From: a virus
Taxonomy: Duplodnaviria; Caudoviricetes
DNA length: 64,000 bases
Virus record (IMG/VR): IMGVR_UViG_3300022602_000025
Direction: 5' to 3' (one strand)
Part shown: positions 43,801 through 54,574 of the stretch, in pieces
Layout: each line of letters begins with the position of its first letter
Position numbering within the stretch: position 1 is the stretch's first letter
The notes under the pieces: generated by a model
Told to the model about the DNA's origin: nothing
Databases searched by the model: none
What the model saw: only the letters and a program-made list of their open reading frames with translations
Translations under genes and position numbers: made by a program

Positions 43801-46800
43801 CAGACATTAGTTGATCATAATCAGTACCAGGCATACCGCTGCCTGGTTGATAGAAATAATTAATGCGGTCAACAGCAGTATAAAGATCCAAGCTCTTTGG
43901 ATAAGTTACTGTGATAACTTCACCTGCTACAGGAATAAAGTTCAATACAAGATATCCGTATTTTTTACGATATGATGTATTTGGTTGTGGTTGATAAACG
44001 CTTTCGTTTAGTGTAATATTAAACTGATCAATTGTTTGCAATACAGAATTTCTGTAGACAACAATTTCTTTCTTATCAGGGCTTGGTAACCAAGTTAAAC
44101 GGAATATGTCTTTTTCGCCGTCACCTACAAATGAATCAGTAAATGTTGATGTAGATCCAATTTCAGTTATTACATTACCTGATGCATCGTAAGAAGCAAC
44201 GCGGTCAAATTTTAGACCCATTGTCATTAATCTTACGTTACCTGCACCATCTCTAGATTGAATGAACCCTGTTTCAGTTCCTTGACCTAACTGTGCATAA
44301 GCTGTTGCTGTAGTTAAGTTTGTAGAGCCGCCGCCGTTAATAACAACTGTTGGAGTGCTGGAATATCCTAAACCAGGATTTGTTACAACGATAGAAGAAA
44401 TTGTTCCGCCAGTGATGTACGCTTGAGCTGTTGCACCAAAGCCTAGATCACCAGGAGCTGAAATAATTTCGATGTTTGGAACTTGAGTATAATTTGCCCC
44501 ACCGTTTGCGACTATAATAGATTGTACGCCAAAGGTAAAATTATCATACCATGATTTCCATGGGTACTGTGCAAGCAATGAATTTCCAAACTCGATCTTG
44601 TTATAATTTTGAGTCGTTGTATTATAAATCGCTGGTAAGTCAAAGTCTGAAGTAAAGCTAGCAGAATACTCAGTGCTAGTATACTGTTCTGTGAACTTAC
44701 GAACTTTAGTATGATACGGTTTGATCTCATTCAAGAACTGTTCATAGTATTGACTATTTTGCAGTTTGTATGTTGGACGTTGATCGAGACTACCAGCATC
44801 ATTAGTAACACTAATAAATGTTGTTTTAAATGCCCAGTCTAAGAATTTCTGTTCTGTCAACGCATACTTAACAGCCTTAAACCATAAGCGAGTGTTGTAG
44901 AAATTTGTTGGACCATTGAATATATCATTTACAATAGCGTTGATAATAAAGAATGCTTCTTTTACAACGCCTTGATCAAATTCTGTTTGGTCAAAGCCTA
45001 CTTGTTCATCAAACGCATAGGTAGTAAGAGATTCGTTCCAAATTTTATCTAGGATCTTTATAGTACCATTTTCAACAAATATTAAATCCCAATTAGGATC
45101 AAAGGTTCCGCCGTTGCCATCAGTCTTTCTTAAAATATTAAAGAAACCGTAGCCGCCGTCTAATACCTTAACATAAGATCCTGTTGGAATGTCCTGCAAT
45201 ACTTGTAATACATATAAAGAAGGAACAGTCGAAACAACCTGTACTAAAGGATTGAATGTACTATCAGACCAGTGTGCATAACTCCAATACTGTGTAGTAT
45301 CGTATGATTGAGTCTGCGTTCTTGACCAAGTTTGATAATTTTGATCCCACTCGTATACAGCCCATTTACCACCAATAGTGTTGTCTGTTTGAACTACTAC
45401 TGTGTAAGGTCTTACATATAGATAAGGCGCAGAAGTAAAATTCATACCAGAATTTAAAATGTCAATTCCAACGACTTCGCCTGATACATTAATTATTGCT
45501 TGTAGGCTCGCACCGGATGTGTCTCCTACTACTGAAATAGTAGGTGCTACTAAGTATCCATATCCAGGATCTACGATGGTCACGCTTGATATTAATCCGT
45601 TAGTATCAATGTTTGCTGCTAATACAGCGGTTCTTAAAGATTTAGTTGAAATTAGATCTCGTGTATAGATGTCTTCAACCAATTGATCGTACATATCTGC
45701 TGTAGGCAACGGATCTTTAGCATTTAGGTTGTCATAGCTAATATTACCAAGCAATAGTAAATTGATTACAATACTGTTAGTATATTCAATTAGATTTCGT
45801 ACCGCCTCAATTCTGTTAACAAACATACTTTGACGTGGGCGGATTTCTAATCCATATTTTAGCTTGTCTGGTAATGTAGGATCTGGTACTGGATTACCTT
45901 GTGCATCGTAACCTAATAAACTGTCAACAAGTTTGGTTACTAACGCATTAACATTAACGCCTGCAGGATCATCCTCAGTTATGATCGCCCATTCTGTATG
46001 ACGAGGAGCAGCATCTGGAATCGTATCAAAACTAATTTTTAAATTAATCGTATCGCCTACAATAGAATTTTTTATGTTAGCTAACATAACTGCTGTAGGA
46101 CCAATGATTCCTAAGTAAGGCTGTCCTGACGATAAAGGATTTTTAATAAACTGTGCGACTTCAAACGCAGAAATTCTGCGATTCTTAATAGAAGGAACTA
46201 CTGTTTTATTCTTAACCCAGAAATAATAAATGTTTACAAACTGTCCAGTTTGTGCATTATATTTTTGAGCAACTGAAACTGTTGAGTTATCGGTAAACTT
46301 AGGTTGACCGCTAATTCCTTGAGCCAATCCATCGCTTGTATCAGCAATAGCCGCCCACTCACTTGGTCTATAAGTAGAACTTACCCATTCGTATACATCA
46401 ATACTGCTTCCTGGAAATACAGTATTCCAATTATTTTTTCTGTATTCTAGCTCGCCTTGTTCGTACCAGACATACTTAACTGTACTTAGATCCCACCATA
46501 ATTCACCGACGTGTTCATTAGTCCAATTAGCGTTGGCATTAATCACTACTGTACCTGTTCCAATGCTATAAGTAGCAGGGTCAAATGGACTTGTATAACG
46601 CAACTCTTCTTGTGCTGTTCCTAGGAACTGTCCTTTAACTGGATCAATAACATCGATGTAGTCTTTTATTTGTGCTGTTGTAGAATCAATCGTAACGGCA
46701 CTATCAATTGCAGATAGATTTACTAAAGCATCTTGTGTTCTAGCTTGTAACCAGCCATTTACAGTTTCATCAATCTTGTCAAATTCAAATATCTGACCGT

Positions 46801-49800
46801 TGTTATTAGCATTGTAAACAATATTTCCTGGGCTACCAACAAACACACTATTTTGTGTTGCAAGTACGCTTTGACCATAAAGACTATCGCTGATTACTGA
46901 TTGATCAAACAGTTCTTGACTGAACGACCATTTTGTTGCAACGTCAGCTTTGTTGTACGCATGGACCGCGCCAGCATTTTTAATTTGTGAAAAGAATTTT
47001 GTAGACCCGCTATCAAAAGTAGTTTTACGTTTTCTTTCATCGCTAGTGCTATCATTAATATAGATTGAACCGTATTTTACAAATGAATTTGCTAGACGTT
47101 CAGAATAAACATCAAATGATGTATTAGTTGTTTTTGAATTTCCTAAACTTGCAATAACCACTAGACGATTTAACTCATCTATAGAAATATCATGACCAAA
47201 GCTAATATCATTAGAAGATATAGGTGCATGGATTCGTTGGCTGAACACATATTTGTTTGTATCTGTAGACCATACTAACACATCTACAATACCTGACTTA
47301 GTTCCGCGAACTTGATCTGTTGCACTTGGAGAACCAATAAACAGATAATTTCCGTCTTGAGACATTTTAACTGTGTCACCAAAGCTATCAGTTTCTGTAA
47401 ATGCGGCTGGGAATATTGTAGTATCGTTACCTAAAATAAGTTGTGCTTCTGTTGATGTAGATGCAAAGTTATAAACATATACAGCACCAACTCTAACAGT
47501 ATTACCTAATGTATCAAACACAGGATAACCAGGAGCAGACACAGCGACTCTTGATAAATCTGCGTTACCTGACATACTATAACCAAACAAACTTCCTACT
47601 GGAGGTTGATGTGCTAAGGTATGCTGTAATGTTACAGATGCGTTAGGAGTTACGTAAATTGTACTAGTTGTAGCACCTACATTATAAACATATACTGAAC
47701 CTGCTGCTGTATATTCGCCAGGAGCACCTACCATTAAAGTAGTAGAGGTTGAATTTGGTGCTGCTACAAGGCTTGCACCAAAATTAGCATTATCACCATG
47801 ATGTGGTGTTGTAATTGCAATTTGACCAACTTCTTCTAACAGGTTGTAATTTATTAATGATAATTTTACAATACCTTGTTCGACATATCCTGAAGCTGTT
47901 GCTGTAGGAACAGCAAATGCAATAGTACCAGTTGTATAAGTTTTAACACCCGAAGCAGTTGGAGCACTTGCTATCGATAATTGTAGTGTAGCATCAAAGT
48001 ATAGACTCGAACCAAACGAGTTAGTTGTACCTGTGTAGTATGAACCGGTCGCATCGTTTAGTGAATAATTAAACAACGGTAATGGAGTGCTTCCTGGATT
48101 CTTAGAAAGAATATACACACGACCATAATTACCTGTTACAGTATCGTAAAAGTCTGGAGCAGAAACAACAATCTTATCTATGTTACTGTTTGAATAAATC
48201 GTAGCACCAAAATGTTGTGCAACAGATTTAATTCCTGTAGAGTATGCTACAGAAGAATAGTTATTTGTTTTCTCAAACACCGCCCATTGAGGTGATGTAG
48301 CATCTCCGCTAATAGTGTCAACCCAAACTTTTTCGCCGTCCTTCCATCTGTCTAAGAATGGCACATCTGCTAGATTATCAAGTGTAGCTAAACGACTAGA
48401 TTTAAATGCAAACAACAAACCGCTTAACGGAACTGTTAGTGCAGGTAATGTTGATAATGTAGAGTTTACTACAAAGTCTGTTGGACTTAGTATTTGAGAT
48501 ACTACATAAATGCGGTCAATTCCGCCAGCTACGCGGCTAACGCTGATAATATCACCTACAGACAATTGGTGTGTGTAATAAGTTGAGAATATTAAACTCA
48601 CACCAGGTATATCAAACGCAACATTTACAATGTATGTAGGAATCTGTGTTACTCGCAATACATCCCATGAACCAGCAGGTGTATTACCTAACCAAATTGT
48701 GTCGCCTTCTAATAGGCCCTTATTATTTGCAATATCTAGTACGCTATTGTAGTTAAATGCTGTAACTGTGATGTCGTCAAATCTCACATATCCTGCAACA
48801 GGAATTTTAATTTGTGAATCAGCCTGACTAATATCTGATGTGATAAATGTCTGTGCAACATCATAGTCTAAAGGTTTCACTACTAAATCAGATTCTGTTT
48901 TATAGTAGATCGTTCCAGTATTATCTACAGGAACACTAGATACAAAACTAACGATCTGAGGATTTTCGTAAAATGAAGAATTTGATAATGTTGTTTCTAA
49001 TTCTTGATAGGTGTTGTATCCGCCGTATTCACCTATGCGGAACGCCCATTCTTCTTTAAAATCAATATTATTTTTAAATTTGTTTAGTAGGGATTTGCTT
49101 AATTTAGTTAGAGGACTCTTAGTTCCTTTTTCTCTTATGTAACCTTGATAGAATTTATATTGTGCGATTGGATCGCCAATGATATAATTTAGGTATGGAC
49201 GAGGAGTATATCCAACTAAGTGCTGTGCTGCGGCCTGCTGGCCAGCATCAAAGTTATCAATATCTAAACTGTAAAAATCTTCAAACTGTCCAATCTTATA
49301 ATCAAAGTTTGGCAATAGATTTGGTGTAGGTTTAGTATCTAACTGTATCCATTGATTTAAAACAAAACTTGCAGAACCTGTAATTCTTGCTGGTGCTGAA
49401 TAATATTTTCCAGCAAAGCGAACTACATCACCAATAGAATAATCTGTGTACTGTTGCCAGTCGTTTATAATTGCTTGGTCAAATATAAATCCCGGACTAA
49501 AGAAATCGCCGTTCCAATTGGATGTACGGAATCCTTTTAAATTAATACGGTGTTGTCTATATCCGCTTTCAATATCATATACAACATCATTAAACAATGT
49601 AAGATTATTAAAGACAATCACATGTTCTTTTTGTACAAGATTTAGTCTAGCATAGAATAAACCGTCAGTAGTATTAACAGTAGAAACTGTTGTTATTCCA
49701 TCTAATCTAACTACAGTAAAAGAATTTACAGGGAATGGTGATCCGTCTGCTTTTAATAAACTGTATTCATAAAATTCATTTAATAAATTGTCAACTACGC

Positions 49801-52800
49801 CTGTACTTGATGAAAGAACTAATTTATTAGCGAACGGACTTAGTGTAATAACAGAGTTGGCATTCCAATTCTGTGTTGTCCAGAATAAAAATTCTCTACC
49901 TGAAAAATTCCAATCTAATATTTGACCTAGGTCAGTATTGTATTCATCAAAAACAAATCCTTGACTAATCAACCATTGACCATATCCTATGATAGCATCG
50001 TACGCATCTTGTAATGTTGTAAATTCAGTACCGTAAGGAATTACAACAGGTGTAGTTCCAAATGATGTTTTCTTGATTACTGAGATGCCGCCTACAGTTG
50101 GCAAGTACGGTAATACTTGATAATATGTAGCATTGAACGCTGTATCGCTGTTGTGAGTAATTGTAACTCTGTAATATCTATCAGTATAGAATACAATCTG
50201 TCCTGCTTGATATGTAGTATTTTGTGACCATGTCAAGTAAGCTTCTGTAGTGCCACCAACAGTTTCATATTGGTCGACATTAGTTGCATAAGGTTGTAAA
50301 ATTGTAAAATACGGACTGTATTTGTCATATCCTCTGAATATAAATCCTGAAGGAGTTTTTTGTACAATAATACCGCTGATACTTAAACTTTGAGTAGTTG
50401 CACTTTGGTTAAAGAAAATACTATAATCTTCTGCAGGTATCAATACACCAGGATAAGGACTTGTAGGATCAACAGCATCAATAGATACTGTTAATTTGTC
50501 TTTGCTAGCAAATCCACCTAGTTTAACCATTAGGTTATAATTTAAGTTTGTAAGGTCACTAGATAGTTGAGTCAAATAGTTTTGATTTTTAACTAGATTC
50601 GTTTCTATAACAAATACACTATAACCAGAGGCTAATATACGACCTTCAATACCTGTATTATTTCTATACAAAAATTCTGCAACTGTAGCAGGATTAATTG
50701 TTTCTATATTATTTGTTGATGTTTGATAAGATATTTGACCAGCTAGGTTTATAACCATACGGCTAGTATCAAACATTGTTGCTGCATATGAACTAGGACG
50801 AGTTAACGCCAATAGGACCTGCTGGACGAATGGCCAGTAGCTACTACGTCTCCATGCGGTTTCTGCAGGACCTTGATCGCCAAATACCCAGTTAGCACTA
50901 ATCTCAGTGCTTCGTAATACTACTATGCGATTTGGATCTGTTAAGTCAGGAACAGGAGATGTAGCTAGACCAATAGTTGTTGGGTCTAACAATTCTCCCA
51001 TATCATCTACAGGAATTATCTTGCTTAGACCAGGTCTAGCAAATAAAGGATTTATAACGCCGTTGATACGACCTGTTTCTAAGTCGCCCCAGAGAATTCC
51101 GTTTCCACTTGTGTAAGGTGCGGCACCGTACATTGATGTCCACCATGATGGCATTTCTGTAAAGCCTAACATTTCCCATGGTGCAACGTGTGGACGATCT
51201 GTATCGTAGTAATATTTGTAAATTGATCTCCAGCTACCAGATAGTGCCTGACCAGTTACGCTGTCTACTGATCCAGTATAGTTGTAAGTGAATGGATTTA
51301 GTTCATCGTACGATGAGTTTGTTTGATAATCAACACTAAAGAATCCTACCCATTTTAAGAAATCTGCGACCAATATATTATCAATGTCGGCTAGAGAATA
51401 ATCATTAGATCTAAATGCCCCAGGCAATGTTTCGTAAGGAGTTAATAGATCAGGATTAAATTTTACTTTAAGGTTATTATAGATTCGTGTTTCGTATTCT
51501 AATAAGATTGCATCTCTATAATCGCCGTAGGCTACAGTGACACTTCCGTCATGTCCTTGGATAACTTTTGTTGGAGTTATATAAGTGTCGTCTACAAAAA
51601 TGCTAGGTTTAAATGCTGGATATAACCCTAACTTAGTTGGTGTAGGTGGAACATAAGATCCAACAGTACTAGTATAATCTCTTATGGTAATGACATCGCC
51701 AACCGAGATAGTAGCATTAACATAAATTGTAGCGATGTTTGGATCGATAGTATAATCATATCCGTTAGTCAACAACACAGGAGTCTTTGTTGAATCACTT
51801 GCTGATGTAAGGTAAACTAAAATAGCACGTTCACTTAATACTGTCTGATCAAATGAGCTGATTAAACTAAAGTTCTTTACTCGCTTATTAGTAACGGTAT
51901 AAACACGTTCAACATAATTATTACCGTGGCCCAACATATCAGTATAGGTGTACGGGAATGTTAAATCTTTTCCAGAATTTAAATTTGTTAATGCAATATC
52001 TAACGCCTGGGCAGGAGTATAAACTTCTGTTAGCCCAGTAACTTGTTTAATAAGACTAGTTTTAAATTGGTTGTAATCAAATGCTACTTTTCTAATAGCA
52101 TCAACAATGTTATTTTTTTGGTTACCTAAAAAGTAATGTGCGAATACTAGTGGATCAATATGTTGAACTAAACGTGAACCGTATGCGCTTAGATTTGATA
52201 AATCTCTTAAATTACTATTACCTGGGAATGATCCTACAAACAAATCATTATTTTCTACAATAGTAGACACATGGTCACTTAATTCTGTAAATGTAAATGA
52301 ACCGATTGGACCATTCAACGGATTGTTAGTTAAATTAATTGGCGGTTCGTAATATCCATTGCTGTTTGCAGGTTGAGCTGTGTATATTTTAAACAGCACA
52401 GCATCGCCTGATGCAAATTCATTTGTTGGAACAATAAATGCTTTGTTGAGATTCTGACCAATAGTATAGTCAACATTATTAATAATTTTTACATTATTAA
52501 CAAAAACATCTACAGCAAGGTCGGATGCAAATCCTGCATCATCGATCGCATTTATTTCTATATAAGGTGTGGCTTGTTCTACAACTTGGAATTGTAAAAT
52601 AGGAATCGCTTTATCGTTTGATTTAATCCAAACGTTTCTATATTCTTCACCGTTGTCGTTATTGACTTTTAAGAAACCGTCAGCAACTGATAGTGTGCTT
52701 AATACTCCTAAGTCGTAAGTAGTAAATGTATCTGTTGTGAAAAAATTACTAAACAAATAATCACCAACGTTAGAAACATTTTTATATGTTAGCGGAAATC

Positions 52801-54574
52801 CTAAAACAGGATCTGCTGTTCCAGTTCCTCGAGTATAACCAAATATTGCTGTACCTACGAAAGAACTATTATAGATTGTTTGATCAGAGTACTTGTTGCC
52901 ACTGTTATCAAATAACTCGTACAATGGTGCTTGATTTAATGAAGTTTTTTGTTGGCCGAATTGCCATACTACTCCATCATACCACCAATTTGTGCCTTGA
53001 TAGCTTGTACCTCTTGTTACTACTAAGGAATCGTTAAGTGAAGGATCGGCGTCTGCCGCTTCTTCAAGGTTAACAATAACATTATTTCCAGCGGTTACAT
53101 ACTTAACTTCAAATACTTTACCTTTAACTAAAGGATCTGTGTCTGCGTTGAAAATAACTCTAAATCCTTGTTCAACTAATACACCATCAATATAAAATCC
53201 AGGTGAACCTTCAAATGTAGCGATAGCATCTTTAGTTACAGTATCAATTAAATCTACGTTAGGTTTACTGTTTGCACCAAAGTTGAATAATTGAATGTCT
53301 GGCTGGAATTCAATGATAGGACGTTGTGCTCTCATTGCTGTATCATAAACAGGAGGAACTCCGTTTACTTCAGCCACAGCAGCAATTACGTCAGCATGAA
53401 CCCAACGATTGTAACGGCTCCATGGATTTTTATCTTTAGAAGCACGATTAATTGTTACGTATTCAGGAACTAATGGAACATTCGCAAAATCATCAAACGG
53501 ATATTGATCAAAAGGAGTAGCATCAAAGTTTGTATCTAGTGTATTGATCACAAGACCTGCGTTAGATAAACTATCAAAGTCAACTAATTTGATCGCAGTT
53601 CCTACACCTTCAATAATAAATTCTTTATCTTGATATGTGCTAGGTGTTATTGCGCCAGCAAAATGGATTTTCATTCCATTAGAAAATGTAACTCCATTAC
53701 CTGAAATATAAGATTGCTTACCAATAATATCTTTTTCAATATCAATTACTGTATCTTCTGCCAATGCTTTAACATTAATTTGTCCAACGGCATTTGCATT
53801 ACCTTGTGCAAAATAAAATAATATGTCAGGAGTTGTATTATCAATGGTTAGTATAACTTGTCCATTGGCTGTACCGTTGCCTGTCGCATTAGAATATAAA
53901 TCATTTACAGTTTTAGTATAAGCTGTCTTAATATAGAAAGGATACTTACTGTTAACATTGAATACATAAGTTAATCCTCTGTATAATGTTAGTAAAGGAT
54001 TACTTGTTAAGCCGTCAGGAGTGAATACTAGTCCCTGACCGTCTGAACTATCTGTAACGGTATATGTACTTTGTGTTTGTTTTTGTTGACCTGTGATTTC
54101 TACGCTATCAGTACCTGTTGGCAACCAATAGTACTCGCGGAAATTTACAAACTTATCCCAATCAATCATTGGATCGTATGAATACGAACGAGGACGGAAC
54201 AATCTGTCAAGATTATTTGTGTTTGCTCCGTAGAAATTTAATTGATTGATTAAATCGTCAAACCCAGAACTTAAACTGAACTGATTATTTTGATCTTTAA
54301 CAACTAGAGATGGTTGTAACTGATATGCGTTTCTTAAAGCAGTACCGCTATCAATGTAGTTGTCTGTTTCAGGATTATATGTTGGAGTTAATTTATCTCC
54401 CATAAATCCGTTAATACGCTCTAGTTGAGGTTGTTGTATTAATTGATCTAATGTGCTTGCTAAGAATTTAGTGTTTTTATCTGTTCTTAGATAGCCAGGC
54501 AACAGGTCGGATGAGCGACGAGTGTTAGACGGGTTGTTAACGTCAACAGGGTTATTAATATCGTTACTTGCCAT
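40898..54574 (-). CDS. Giant (4558 aa) virion structural protein, probable baseplate wedge-associated (gp7-like position)
   Basis: Single uninterrupted ORF directly downstream of the gp6-like gene; contains FG-GAP-like repeats and G-x-G-Y-x3-P repeats. Confidence 0.8.
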   Translation of the reverse strand: MASNDINNPVDVNNPSNTRRSSDLLPGYLRTDKNTKFLASTLDQLIQQPQLERINGFMGDKLTPTYNPETDNYIDSGTALRNAYQLQPSLVVKDQNNQFSLSSGFDDLINQLNFYGANTNNLDRLFRPRSYSYDPMIDWDKFVNFREYYWLPTGTDSVEITGQQKQTQSTYTVTDSSDGQGLVFTPDGLTSNPLLTLYRGLTYVFNVNSKYPFYIKTAYTKTVNDLYSNATGNGTANGQVILTIDNTTPDILFYFAQGNANAVGQINVKALAEDTVIDIEKDIIGKQSYISGNGVTFSNGMKIHFAGAITPSTYQDKEFIIEGVGTAIKLVDFDSLSNAGLVINTLDTNFDATPFDQYPFDDFANVPLVPEYVTINRASKDKNPWSRYNRWVHADVIAAVAEVNGVPPVYDTAMRAQRPIIEFQPDIQLFNFGANSKPNVDLIDTVTKDAIATFEGSPGFYIDGVLVEQGFRVIFNADTDPLVKGKVFEVKYVTAGNNVIVNLEEAADADPSLNDSLVVTRGTSYQGTNWWYDGVVWQFGQQKTSLNQAPLYELFDNSGNKYSDQTIYNSSFVGTAIFGYTRGTGTADPVLGFPLTYKNVSNVGDYLFSNFFTTDTFTTYDLGVLSTLSVADGFLKVNNDNGEEYRNVWIKSNDKAIPILQFQVVEQATPYIEINAIDDAGFASDLAVDVFVNNVKIINNVDYTIGQNLNKAFIVPTNEFASGDAVLFKIYTAQPANSNGYYEPPINLTNNPLNGPIGSFTFTELSDHVSTIVENNDLFVGSFPGNSNLRDLSNLSAYGSRLVQHIDPLVFAHYFLGNQKNNIVDAIRKVAFDYNQFKTSLIKQVTGLTEVYTPAQALDIALTNLNSGKDLTFPYTYTDMLGHGNNYVERVYTVTNKRVKNFSLISSFDQTVLSERAILVYLTSASDSTKTPVLLTNGYDYTIDPNIATIYVNATISVGDVITIRDYTSTVGSYVPPTPTKLGLYPAFKPSIFVDDTYITPTKVIQGHDGSVTVAYGDYRDAILLEYETRIYNNLKVKFNPDLLTPYETLPGAFRSNDYSLADIDNILVADFLKWVGFFSVDYQTNSSYDELNPFTYNYTGSVDSVTGQALSGSWRSIYKYYYDTDRPHVAPWEMLGFTEMPSWWTSMYGAAPYTSGNGILWGDLETGRINGVINPLFARPGLSKIIPVDDMGELLDPTTIGLATSPVPDLTDPNRIVVLRSTEISANWVFGDQGPAETAWRRSSYWPFVQQVLLALTRPSSYAATMFDTSRMVINLAGQISYQTSTNNIETINPATVAEFLYRNNTGIEGRILASGYSVFVIETNLVKNQNYLTQLSSDLTNLNYNLMVKLGGFASKDKLTVSIDAVDPTSPYPGVLIPAEDYSIFFNQSATTQSLSISGIIVQKTPSGFIFRGYDKYSPYFTILQPYATNVDQYETVGGTTEAYLTWSQNTTYQAGQIVFYTDRYYRVTITHNSDTAFNATYYQVLPYLPTVGGISVIKKTSFGTTPVVIPYGTEFTTLQDAYDAIIGYGQWLISQGFVFDEYNTDLGQILDWNFSGREFLFWTTQNWNANSVITLSPFANKLVLSSSTGVVDNLLNEFYEYSLLKADGSPFPVNSFTVVRLDGITTVSTVNTTDGLFYARLNLVQKEHVIVFNNLTLFNDVVYDIESGYRQHRINLKGFRTSNWNGDFFSPGFIFDQAIINDWQQYTDYSIGDVVRFAGKYYSAPARITGSASFVLNQWIQLDTKPTPNLLPNFDYKIGQFEDFYSLDIDNFDAGQQAAAQHLVGYTPRPYLNYIIGDPIAQYKFYQGYIREKGTKSPLTKLSKSLLNKFKNNIDFKEEWAFRIGEYGGYNTYQELETTLSNSSFYENPQIVSFVSSVPVDNTGTIYYKTESDLVVKPLDYDVAQTFITSDISQADSQIKIPVAGYVRFDDITVTAFNYNSVLDIANNKGLLEGDTIWLGNTPAGSWDVLRVTQIPTYIVNVAFDIPGVSLIFSTYYTHQLSVGDIISVSRVAGGIDRIYVVSQILSPTDFVVNSTLSTLPALTVPLSGLLFAFKSSRLATLDNLADVPFLDRWKDGEKVWVDTISGDATSPQWAVFEKTNNYSSVAYSTGIKSVAQHFGATIYSNSNIDKIVVSAPDFYDTVTGNYGRVYILSKNPGSTPLPLFNYSLNDATGSYYTGTTNSFGSSLYFDATLQLSIASAPTASGVKTYTTGTIAFAVPTATASGYVEQGIVKLSLINYNLLEEVGQIAITTPHHGDNANFGASLVAAPNSTSTTLMVGAPGEYTAAGSVYVYNVGATTSTIYVTPNASVTLQHTLAHQPPVGSLFGYSMSGNADLSRVAVSAPGYPVFDTLGNTVRVGAVYVYNFASTSTEAQLILGNDTTIFPAAFTETDSFGDTVKMSQDGNYLFIGSPSATDQVRGTKSGIVDVLVWSTDTNKYVFSQRIHAPISSNDISFGHDISIDELNRLVVIASLGNSKTTNTSFDVYSERLANSFVKYGSIYINDSTSDERKRKTTFDSGSTKFFSQIKNAGAVHAYNKADVATKWSFSQELFDQSVISDSLYGQSVLATQNSVFVGSPGNIVYNANNNGQIFEFDKIDETVNGWLQARTQDALVNLSAIDSAVTIDSTTAQIKDYIDVIDPVKGQFLGTAQEELRYTSPFDPATYSIGTGTVVINANANWTNEHVGELWWDLSTVKYVWYEQGELEYRKNNWNTVFPGSSIDVYEWVSSTYRPSEWAAIADTSDGLAQGISGQPKFTDNSTVSVAQKYNAQTGQFVNIYYFWVKNKTVVPSIKNRRISAFEVAQFIKNPLSSGQPYLGIIGPTAVMLANIKNSIVGDTINLKISFDTIPDAAPRHTEWAIITEDDPAGVNVNALVTKLVDSLLGYDAQGNPVPDPTLPDKLKYGLEIRPRQSMFVNRIEAVRNLIEYTNSIVINLLLLGNISYDNLNAKDPLPTADMYDQLVEDIYTRDLISTKSLRTAVLAANIDTNGLISSVTIVDPGYGYLVAPTISVVGDTSGASLQAIINVSGEVVGIDILNSGMNFTSAPYLYVRPYTVVVQTDNTIGGKWAVYEWDQNYQTWSRTQTQSYDTTQYWSYAHWSDSTFNPLVQVVSTVPSLYVLQVLQDIPTGSYVKVLDGGYGFFNILRKTDGNGGTFDPNWDLIFVENGTIKILDKIWNESLTTYAFDEQVGFDQTEFDQGVVKEAFFIINAIVNDIFNGPTNFYNTRLWFKAVKYALTEQKFLDWAFKTTFISVTNDAGSLDQRPTYKLQNSQYYEQFLNEIKPYHTKVRKFTEQYTSTEYSASFTSDFDLPAIYNTTTQNYNKIEFGNSLLAQYPWKSWYDNFTFGVQSIIVANGGANYTQVPNIEIISAPGDLGFGATAQAYITGGTISSIVVTNPGLGYSSTPTVVINGGGSTNLTTATAYAQLGQGTETGFIQSRDGAGNVRLMTMGLKFDRVASYDASGNVITEIGSTSTFTDSFVGDGEKDIFRLTWLPSPDKKEIVVYRNSVLQTIDQFNITLNESVYQPQPNTSYRKKYGYLVLNFIPVAGEVITVTYPKSLDLYTAVDRINYFYQPGSGMPGTDYDQLMSGMSYAGLNIDTLPFSYSAGFDSVPFGSTTWDNYASEVGYYSYSLTTTTSAPPFIIPDIIPGGSSPTQVNTYVQIGTAPAVRLDGPSNVVPTLIGRGTAAVDKVVLTNPGLGYVYSTTQVTISAPNSVNGTQAVASFTLNDDGSFASIGVSDYTRGRGYTSTPVVTITGNSTVQAYASAFLRAEFTTATNIANTFTSLTIPDAAFTASNTSTLVIFRYSTSDGTVLPSDTDTLDAVISGGLISDGQLSGALGTTPSEIVLDGGNGFLSTINSPAPEEHVPGSVHESVGITVFTQPAASSAVISTKRYWSDGITQTFALGAEPVNLDSVLVLLNDTKLTVNVDYTIDFSNKLLTFTSSTPAQGWLTLTVFVGGSIGLLDYYETVTTNATTVYLSSVRYTDVGSIYITIDGVAYQSYNLDSYRSRARVSISQPGTIQVYLFRGTTKSFSEVVEQVVNITTTTTSIGLTQPPGNVGPFHSQVIVTKNGLRLTPPITTYYQVANNQTTFDISQSVTLPSKRTDLKSLEVYVNGALIPTSDWVFDQPNKQIIFSDNYLNTGDVVAIVVKVGHDYVVQNGLVVLTKPARNLDVIRITTFTNHDPDLIRSERYVGHATNTYVMQRPVFNSSYVWVAYNGKPLTVNVDYRVEADGQTVVIDDKFYTGGSDAVVITSFANLSATHLVGYRIFDDIFGNASYKRISAQNSTFLTQDLTSTATNIFVQDGSVLSTPNIAFNRPGVILVNGERIEFFQISGNVLAQLRRGTYGTTPPAVHSSGTQVLDQGSEQTIPFQEFTQYYSTVTTTSTQTTFYIGENITFNTSTKVVTTSSGKVVTILNTNLADQVEVKYGGRRLLKAGLSTVVHDFDLSYDSTSTADTSVSPEFTVTTSSLTLNFTPDPGVKLEVTRRISQIWYNPNSTVTLAENLTPQAEFLIERPAQLPQGTAPFSNVASDLYIILETGQYLLDENGVPLQGA

